Shown in pieces: positions 57,191 to 64,000 of a DNA stretch of 64,000 nt. The DNA comes from Candidatus Latescibacterota bacterium (GTDB taxonomy: Bacteria; Latescibacterota; UBA2968; GCA-2709665). Numbering within the stretch: the stretch's first letter is position 1; each line of letters begins with the position of its first letter. A program made the translations under genes and the position numbers. The notes below the pieces were generated by a model that was not told the origin of the DNA, did not search any database, and worked only from the letters and a program-made list of their open reading frames with translations. The stretch spans positions 1,600,001 to 1,664,000 of the forward strand of contig OZ220733.1 of the NCBI GenBank assembly GCA_965116875.1, in the 5' to 3' direction.

Positions 57191-58354
57191 TCAATACAAA
57201 TGTATAGCTCCATCCGGTCCCACATAGCGGCGCGGGGGCAGCGGCTGGTACGGCCGCGACTTTACGAATTCCATATCCAGTTCGACGCCGAGCCCCGGTC
57301 GCGGATTCAGTTCCCCGACGTCCACGCAGCCGCCCGAGAGCGGTACCCTCAGCTCCTGCACGTCGTCGAACCACGGTCGAAGCCGGCAATGCTCCAGGAT
57401 CTCGAAATTCTGCATCGCCGCCGCGGCGTGAGCGGCAGCGGCAAGCGCCACCGGGCCGTACGGGTTGTGCGGCGCGATTGTGATCCCGTACACCTCCGCG
57501 AAATGGGCAATCTTCATCAGTTCGCTGATCCCGCCGGCGTGGCAGATATCCACCTGACACACGTCCACCGCGTGTCTCTCGAACCACTCCCGGCAGTCCC
57601 ACCGCGTGATCCACCGCTCACCGGCCGCAACCCGCATTCCCGGAAAGTCGCGTTTCAACCTCACGTACGGCTCAACCGTACTCTGCTCGATCGGCTCTTC
57701 TACGAAAAACAGGTCCAGCGGCTGTAATTCCCGCATCAGGCGGTGCGCCGCCACGGGCGAGAACACGCCGCCGCAGTCAATCATCAATGCCGCGTCCGGC
57801 CCCAGCGCCCGGCGCAGGCGGGTCATCTCGCGGACGGCCACGTCGACCTGTTCGTCCATATCGAACGGCGCAACCGTGGGTCCGTGCCCGTGCTTGAACG
57901 CATCGAACCCCTCCTCCAGGGCCTGCGTCGCATGCGCCTCCGGCGAATCCAGGTCCAGGTCCGCCCGCGCGTAACACCGTACCCGGTCGCGGACCCTTCC
58001 GCCCAGCAACCTGAATAAGGGCTGTCCGGTTGCCTTGCCCGCGATATCCCACAACGCCATGTCGATCCCGCTGACGGCGCTCGTATGAACCACGCCCCGC
58101 TTCCACCAGAAATCCCGGTATCCCAGTTGCCAGACGTGCTCCACGTCCATTGGATTCATTCCCAGCAATCTGGGTTTCAGCGCCGTCTCCACCTGCGCCG
58201 CCACGGCCATTTCGTGGTGTTCCGTCGTGGCCTCGCCAATCCCCGTGAGGCCGGCGTCCGTCTCCACCTCCACGAAGACCCAGTTCCGCCTGGGCGTCCG
58301 CCCGTCCGCAGCCGGTACATTCATGACGTGCGCCCTGATGTCAGCGATCTTCAT
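57191..58354 (-). CDS. Mandelate racemase-family dehydratase (galactonate dehydratase-like)
   Basis: SGIDMALWDI.GK, D/EEP/GER metal ligands, GGISE and APHN motifs. Confidence 0.85.
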   Translation of the reverse strand: MKIADIRAHVMNVPAADGRTPRRNWVFVEVETDAGLTGIGEATTEHHEMAVAAQVETALKPRLLGMNPMDVEHVWQLGYRDFWWKRGVVHTSAVSGIDMALWDIAGKATGQPLFRLLGGRVRDRVRCYARADLDLDSPEAHATQALEEGFDAFKHGHGPTVAPFDMDEQVDVAVREMTRLRRALGPDAALMIDCGGVFSPVAAHRLMRELQPLDLFFVEEPIEQSTVEPYVRLKRDFPGMRVAAGERWITRWDCREWFERHAVDVCQVDICHAGGISELMKIAHFAEVYGITIAPHNPYGPVALAAAAHAAAAMQNFEILEHCRLRPWFDDVQELRVPLSGGCVDVGELNPRPGLGVELDMEFVKSRPYQPLPPRRYVGPDGAIHLY

Positions 58355-58357
58355 CCC

Positions 58358-59587
58358 TCAGTCCTCTTTCTCCATAAACGCCCCCTCCCGTTGGATTCGA
58401 TCGTAGACCCGGGCGAACGCCTCCGACCCGTCGTCCTCCCACACCTCCGAATTCACGCCGCGGATGGACCCTTCCTCGAATCCGGTGAGCCGGCGCACGT
58501 CCGGGATGCTCGGTGCGTACATCCGGCTCCCGCCGGGCAGGTAGAGCACGCCCACGTGTCTTGGCATTTCCGTGGGCCCCACGGCCGCCAGGCGCGCGAG
58601 TTTCTCCTCGTCCACGTCGAACCCCAGTCCCGGCGCCTCGGGCACCGGCGAACACCCCTCCGCGATCTGGATACGTTCTGTTGTAATGTCCTCTTCGTAC
58701 TGGTCGTCCAGATTGATCGAATGCCCCGCAGTCGGCAACACCGCCCCCAGGTGCATGGCCAGCGCCTTCGTCAGCGTGCCCCCGGTCAACTGCACCACGG
58801 CCTGCACGTTCGCCTTTCCGTACGCGAACCCGCGGAAGAGCGCGTCACCGAACCCGCCGCAATATTCGCCGATGATGTAGGCGTCCGCCATGCCCATGAT
58901 CATCTCCTGCAATCCGCCCAACGGGGGCAGATGCATCACGAGGGGTACCTTGCACTGCGCCCGCAACCGCCGCCACCCGTCCACGTCCGTGAGCAACAGC
59001 GGGTCCTCGATGAACCCCACCACCCTGGAACGCTCGAGGGCTTTCACGATGGGCAGCACCGTTGCCATCGCCCTGTTGTGGTTCATATCCCACTGCATCA
59101 GGAATCCCTCCGGCGCCACGTCCTCCACCGCCCGGTTCTGCTCGAACACATCGTAATGCTGGCAGGTGTGCATCTTGAACATCATATAGCCCTGGTCCAC
59201 GGCGCGGACGATCTCCCTGCTGAGGTCTTCGGGCGACGCCGGCCGGGTCCACGCCATCACGGGAACGCGGTCCCGCACCTTTTGACCCATCAGCTTGTAG
59301 GCGGGTATGCCCAGGTGCTTGCCCATCACGTCGTACAGCGCGCCGCCCAGCGCCAGGTGCAACGTCTCGTGATTGAGAAAGTCGAACGGACTGCGGTCGA
59401 TCAACTGTGCCACGCTTTCCTCTGGCGGCGGGACCGACCGGTAGTCTCCGTAGCCCACGATTCCGTTGTCGGTCACCACCCTGAAGATGGTCCGCTGATC
59501 GATGCCGCGAAACCGGACCTTGTGGTCCGCGTTCCGTGCGGCGAGTCCGGGGTTGATCGGGATGATATCGATATCGACGATTTTCAT
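58358..59587 (-). CDS. Divergent enolase-superfamily (MR/MLE) protein
   Basis: ALYD..GK..G.P, WD.N, IEDP and PGLG motifs. Confidence 0.78.
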   Translation of the reverse strand: MKIVDIDIIPINPGLAARNADHKVRFRGIDQRTIFRVVTDNGIVGYGDYRSVPPPEESVAQLIDRSPFDFLNHETLHLALGGALYDVMGKHLGIPAYKLMGQKVRDRVPVMAWTRPASPEDLSREIVRAVDQGYMMFKMHTCQHYDVFEQNRAVEDVAPEGFLMQWDMNHNRAMATVLPIVKALERSRVVGFIEDPLLLTDVDGWRRLRAQCKVPLVMHLPPLGGLQEMIMGMADAYIIGEYCGGFGDALFRGFAYGKANVQAVVQLTGGTLTKALAMHLGAVLPTAGHSINLDDQYEEDITTERIQIAEGCSPVPEAPGLGFDVDEEKLARLAAVGPTEMPRHVGVLYLPGGSRMYAPSIPDVRRLTGFEEGSIRGVNSEVWEDDGSEAFARVYDRIQREGAFMEKED

Positions 59588-59588
59588 C

Positions 59589-60509
59589 TCAGCACTCCTG
59601 TAGCAGCTCTTTCGACCTGAAGAACTCCCTGAGCCCGTCCATCTCCTCGTCGTTCAACGAATAGTACGGTTTCCGGCGCCAGCGCCCGGCCACGCCGAAG
59701 ATTTCCATCGCGCCGTGGAACCCCGCGTTCCAACCGCCGGTCAGCTTGCCGATATAGTCGAAGAACGGCATGTCGTATTCGCGGATGATTTCTCGTGCCG
59801 TTTCGACGTCCGTTTTCTGGATCGCGCTCCAGTACCGCCGCGCGATCTCCGGCTTGAACGTGATATACGACGACATATAGCCGTCGCATCCGTACGGCCA
59901 CATATTCATGTGGTTCACCTTCTGCCCGCCCGCGAACACCGCCACACGTTCGCGCGCGACCAGGCAGAGCCGGCGCGCGAAGTCCCCGCACATGTCGTCC
60001 TTGATGGCCACCACGTTTTCGTATCGGTCCAGCGTTTCATCGATCACCTGCAATCCGAACTCCGGACCCTGCGCCGAGAACGCGCCCGTAACGATCATCA
60101 CGGGCATCGTCTGCGACACCTCGCCGTAGTGTTCCACCAACGTCTCGACCGTACTCGAAGCCCCCCACGCCGGCGGAAGCACCATCAGCACGTCCGCTCC
60201 CTGCTCTTTCGCGAATGACGCAAAGGCGATTGAGCGCCGGGTGTCATAATAGCGGTCGGCCGCCACCACCATTCCCCGCCCGGCGTTGTGTTCGCACGTC
60301 ACCCGGGTGACCTCCGCGATCTCCGCCTCCGACATGCAGATATAGTGGCTGTCTCCCGCCGTGAGCAGCACGGTGCGGCTTCCGCCTTCCAGCACGAAGT
60401 CGATCTGATGCCGCAGCCCGTCGTAATCCACGCTGCCGTCCTCGTTGAACGGCGTCGCGATCGACGAAATGATGCCTGTCAGATGCGCGCGAACTTCGTC
60501 TCGATCCAT
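59589..60509 (-). CDS. DHDPS/NAL-family aldolase-like protein
   Basis: TPFNEDGSVD, GADVLMVLPP and VAIKD (Schiff-base Lys) motifs. Confidence 0.82.
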   Translation of the reverse strand: MDRDEVRAHLTGIISSIATPFNEDGSVDYDGLRHQIDFVLEGGSRTVLLTAGDSHYICMSEAEIAEVTRVTCEHNAGRGMVVAADRYYDTRRSIAFASFAKEQGADVLMVLPPAWGASSTVETLVEHYGEVSQTMPVMIVTGAFSAQGPEFGLQVIDETLDRYENVVAIKDDMCGDFARRLCLVARERVAVFAGGQKVNHMNMWPYGCDGYMSSYITFKPEIARRYWSAIQKTDVETAREIIREYDMPFFDYIGKLTGGWNAGFHGAMEIFGVAGRWRRKPYYSLNDEEMDGLREFFRSKELLQEC

Positions 60510-60529
60510 GGAAAACCCCAAAAAAAGTA

Positions 60530-61757
60530 AGAATGAAGAAGGAAAAAGGAAGAGGGGAGAGATTGCCTGCCTCGTGAGGCTTCTTCTCGTGCCGGAGGCA
60601 AGAAGATCAACCTACCGGGCAAGGATTTCTTCTAACGTCTTCCGTCTACCCTCTACCCGCCTTTATGCGACCTCTCTCCCCGGCCCTCTCGGAAGCAGCG
60701 ATCAGCTATCAGCCGTCAGCCATCAGCTAAAGGCAAAGAGCGAAAACCAAAGCCAGGATCAAAAACGAAAGGCAAAATCAAAAGCCCTTCCCAGCCCCGC
60801 CGACCTCTCTCCCCGGCCCTCTCTCCTAAAGGAAAGAGGGGGAAAGGCCAGGTTTCGCGTGCCGGTTATTGATAGACATTCTGATCGACAAGGAAACGCC
60901 GCCGGTTTTCCGCTCTCCTCAGCAATCCGCTTCCATTCGATTCTTGCGAAAGTCCGATTGCAGAAGTGACAGACGTCAAAGGTACCGCTACTTTTTCCTT
61001 CTTCCTTTTTCCTTCTTCCTTCAGGAAGGGGGTTAGGGGGTAGGTCTAGGAGAGAGGGAGGAAAGGCACGTCCCGTGCCGGTTATTGATAGACATTCTGA
61101 TTGACAAGGAAACGCCGCCGGTATTCCGCTCTCCTGACAGCCCGTTGAAAAAGTCCATCCGGGCTACGGCCGGCCCTTGCGGTCGAAATACTGCGTTGCG
61201 CTCCCTCGCCGAATCGAAAGATGGGACTCGGTCGCGCGCCTTGTCTTCGACCACAATGGCTCGGCCTCGCCTGCAGAGCGACTTTCTCAACGGACTGCTA
61301 AGCAATCCGCTTCCATTCGATTTTTGCGAAAGTCCGATTGCAGAAGTGACAGACGTCAAAGGTACCGCTACTTCTTCCTTCTTCCTTTTTCCTTCTTCCT
61401 TCAGGCAGGGGGCCAGGGGGTAGGTGCCTAAACCGGGTAGACGGGAGAGGGGAGAGATTGCCTGCCTCGTGAGGCTTCTTCTCGTGCCGGAGGCAAGAAG
61501 ATTAACCTACCGGGCAAGGATTTCTTCTAACGTCTTCCGTCTACCCTCTACCCGCCTTTATGCGACCTCTCTCCCCGGCCCTCTCTCCCACCGGGAGAGA
61601 GGGAGGAAAGGCACACGTCCCGTGCCGGTCATTGATAGACACTCCGATTGAAAGGTAATCGCTATCCGGCACATCACAAAGCCTGTAAATCAACCCATCA
61701 ACGTCCCCCCTTCCTTCAGGAAGGGGGTTAGGGGGTAGGTCCGGGAAAGAGGGGGAA
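60530..61757 (+). repeat. Largest repeat mosaic (F', half-A, B, A, G, G+MITE, F', A, G')
   Basis: 60551-60689 repeats at 61447-61585; G module occurs twice in tandem. Confidence 0.92.
61138..61297. mobile_element. 160-bp MITE nested in the G module
   Basis: TIRs CAGCCCGTTGAAAAAGTC / GACTTTCTCAACGGACTG; empty site CTCTC-CTCA-GCAATCC is seen in other G copies. Confidence 0.88.
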
Positions 61758-61771
61758 CAACCGGCTCCGTG

Positions 61772-62179
61772 CTAAGGAACAACCTCAAACCCCATCTGCC
61801 GGAAGTGATGATCCAGCGTCAATACCCGATTAATGTGTAATTCCCGCATGAGGACGAAGCTGCTGCAGTCCGTAAAGGAGAATTCCTTGTCCCGGTATCC
61901 GAAAAAGAGCGCACGGGCACGATCTCTTCTCGCTTCGTCGATCGACTCGATCCTCAGGCGCGATGAGCCGTCGATCTGCACCCACCACGCTTCAGCGGCA
62001 TGCAGACCCAGGCGCGACCGGATGGTGGTCAACGTCTCGTCGACAACGTAGTCGGTCGTCGTCAGGATGCCCCCGGACGAAAGCCAGTCGTCGCGAGACT
62101 TCCGCACCGCCGGACCCTTCGTATCCCGGCTGTCCGCCGCCGCAACCCATCCGGCGGTATCCACGAACATCTGCCTCAC
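61772..62179 (-). CDS. vapC: VapC/PIN toxin
   Basis: FVDT, VVDET, SFTDC.SF and TLD.HF...GF motifs. Confidence 0.9.
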   Translation of the reverse strand: MRQMFVDTAGWVAAADSRDTKGPAVRKSRDDWLSSGGILTTTDYVVDETLTTIRSRLGLHAAEAWWVQIDGSSRLRIESIDEARRDRARALFFGYRDKEFSFTDCSSFVLMRELHINRVLTLDHHFRQMGFEVVP

Positions 62180-62421
62180 CGGTACAACACCTCGTCATGT
62201 CGCTCGGCAGCGTCGCCCGATTCGGAAGCACCCACGGGAGGCGCCTGGTAAAGCGGATCCGCTTCGAGCGGCGCGATTTCGATTTGTGGACTGCCAACCG
62301 GGACGATGTCAAATGCAGGTCGACTGCGGTACAGGACCGTATAGCGCGCACCGTCGCGCACCTTTGAGACAACCTCCTTCAGACGCGCGCGAAGCTGCTT
62401 GGCGTTGATGATTTCGGACAT
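62176..62421 (-). CDS. Phd/YefM-family antitoxin
   Basis: I.A.QLRA.L.EV...V..G Phd N-terminus; SxxHDEVLY-like tail; overlaps the toxin start. Confidence 0.82.
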   Translation of the reverse strand: MSEIINAKQLRARLKEVVSKVRDGARYTVLYRSRPAFDIVPVGSPQIEIAPLEADPLYQAPPVGASESGDAAERHDEVLYR

Positions 62422-62437
62422 TGCCTGTCCTTTTTGG

Positions 62438-62476
62438 AGTTTAACTTAAGATAAACTATCAGGATGAAAAAGGCAA
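62438..62476 (-). promoter_or_regulatory. TA promoter with overlapping palindromic operator
   Basis: TTGCCT-17 bp-TATCTT; 20-bp imperfect palindrome AGTTTAACTTAAGATAAACT at 62438-62457. Confidence 0.6.
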
Positions 62477-62507
62477 GAAGCGGGGAATGGCAGTCAGCTA
62501 AACCCTG

Positions 62508-63003
62508 GAAGCAGCGATCAGCCGTCAGCGGTCAGCAGTTAGCTAAAGGCGAAAGGCAAAGTCCAAAGCAAACCATCCCCCCGGCCCCGCAGACCTCTCT
62601 CCCCGGCCCTCTCTCCTAAAGGAAAGAGGGAGGAAAACAGGTTTCGCGTGCCGGTCCTTGATAGACACTCTGATTTACAAGGAAACGCCGCCGGTTTTCC
62701 GCTCTCCTGACAGCCCGTTGAAAAAGTCCATCCGGGCTACGGCCGGCCCTTGCGGTCGAATTACTGCGTTGCGCTCCCTCGCCGAATCGAAAGATGGGAC
62801 TCGGTCGCGCGCCTTGTCTTCGACCACAATGGCTCGGCCTCGCCTGCAGAGCGACTTTCTCAACGGACTGCTAAGCAATCCGCTTCCATTCGATTCTTTC
62901 GAGAGTCCGATTGCAGAAGTGACAGACGTCAAAGTTACCGCTTCTTCTCCTTTTTCCTTCTTCCTTTTTCCTTCTTCCTTCAGGCAGGGGGCCAGGGGGT
63001 AGA
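62508..63003 (+). repeat. Repeat mosaic (B, A, G+MITE)
   Basis: Direct repeat of modules in 60690-61424. Confidence 0.9.
62711..62870. mobile_element. 160-bp MITE, second copy at the same G-module site
   Basis: Near-identical to 61138-61297 with the same CTGA/CTAA flanks. Confidence 0.88.
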
Positions 63004-63013
63004 TCTGCCCGCT

Positions 63014-63553
63014 CTAATGGTGTTCTTGCCCGTTGTCGCCGTGCTCTTTCTTCGCTTTGTGGTCGTCTTCCCCGCCTTCGCCGTGCCCATTTGCGCTCGG
63101 CCCCCCGATGCGCAGAATATGGCCGTCTTTGTCTGCGACGAGCATCTCCCGCGCCCCCCAGGGCTGGTCGACGGGCTTCTGCCTGATGTCCGCCCCCGCC
63201 CGAGCCAGCTTCTTGTGCAGTTCGTCCACATTTTCGACGCCGTAGTAGATCCAGACCGGCCGGGCGCCCTGCGCGTTCTCGCAGAGAAAGATGTTCACCT
63301 TGCCATTGGATATGGACGCAAAGGTCTTGTCCGCCACCTCGGAAGGCCAGTCCCAGTCCTTCTTGAAGCCGAGAACACTGGTGTATTGCGCGATGCTCGC
63401 TTCAACACTTTCGACGTTCAGAATCGGGGTGATCGCCGTGAACGCCGTCGATCCGGAAACGGAACCCTCGTCCCCACCCTCGTGTGCGACGGCGAAATGG
63501 CCGATGCCGACTGCGATTCCTGCAACGACTGCCGCGATTCCGCGACCTTTCAT
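63014..63553 (-). CDS. VOC/glyoxalase-family protein with signal peptide
   Basis: P.L.V.SVEASI..Y..VLGF, PWG.RE..V.D.DG motifs; N-terminal signal; AGGAGG RBS. Confidence 0.82.
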   Translation of the reverse strand: MKGRGIAAVVAGIAVGIGHFAVAHEGGDEGSVSGSTAFTAITPILNVESVEASIAQYTSVLGFKKDWDWPSEVADKTFASISNGKVNIFLCENAQGARPVWIYYGVENVDELHKKLARAGADIRQKPVDQPWGAREMLVADKDGHILRIGGPSANGHGEGGEDDHKAKKEHGDNGQEHH

Positions 63554-63655
63554 GGATTTCCTCCTTTGTGAGCAACAGCCCTTCGGTACTCGACGAAGTG
63601 CGGTGAGGCGTGCGCGGCCCCCCGTCCGCCACGCTGTTCATGCGTTCCAGGGTGG

Positions 63656-63901
63656 TGTCGCAAAATGCGACATACGTCGTGAATTGCAACGCATTCCGGT
63701 CTTCCTCTTTTGCAAATTCCCACTAAATCATTTATAATCAAGTAGTTGAGTCCGAACGGTGCAACTGTTTCCGCTCCGCAGGGTGTTCTGACAGACGCAT
63801 TCTGCGACGATTCATGCGAGAAAGAGATCGTCCCCTTTAACGGTAACATATTGATATAAAATAATTTACATTGAAAAATTGAAATCGGCACTGATTTTGC
63901 A
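63656..63901 (+). promoter_or_regulatory. Probable sigma54 promoter region for a gene beyond the window
   Basis: CGGCACTGATTTTGCA at 63886-63901; palindrome TGTCGCAAAATGCGACA at 63656-63672; IHF consensus matches at 63736-63748 (+) and 63844-63856 (-). Confidence 0.65.
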
Positions 63902-64000
63902 CATTGGTTGAACCCCTCCCTCCGGCAGGATGGCGCGCGGTATCTCTCGTGAGATCCGCTTCCGCCCGCTTTCGTCGTATGCCGGGAATTCGCTTCCCGG

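Noticed and set aside
1-64000. tRNA, rRNA, prophage or autonomous transposase
   Set aside because: None recognised by eye; a tRNAscan/Rfam/ISEScan run would be needed to exclude them formally

Overview
GC-rich bacterial chromosomal window. The catabolic gene mix and repeat-laden intergenic DNA resemble marine or sponge-associated candidate-phylum genomes (inference only). From left to right it holds: a GHMP sugar kinase-GT2-GT-C membrane operon; xerD/ogt/uvrC/phosphoesterase; hisGDCB followed by a long surface-glycosylation region (heptose adenylyltransferase, GT4/GT2, nucleotide-sugar dehydrogenase, epimerase, sugar C-methyltransferase, flippase, several large GT-C-like membrane proteins) interrupted by an atypical AddAB-like nuclease/helicase pair; a sigma54-type hsp20; two toxin-antitoxin pairs; and a sugar/acid-sugar catabolic set (heparinase II/III-like, BNR sialidase-like, divergent SHMT, two Gfo/Idh/MocA, two enolase-superfamily, DHDPS-like aldolase). 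The most unusual signal is non-coding. About 14 intergenic gaps contain mosaics built from a small set of repeat modules (three REP families, hairpin-ended elements, heptamer runs, a TIR/TSD MITE) joined in a recurring order and nearly always on one strand. No cognate transposase is in the window, and both TA pairs sit between directly repeated mosaics. I recognised no tRNA, rRNA or CRISPR array. Product calls come from motif recognition by eye, not database searches, and repeat boundaries are approximate to a few bp.
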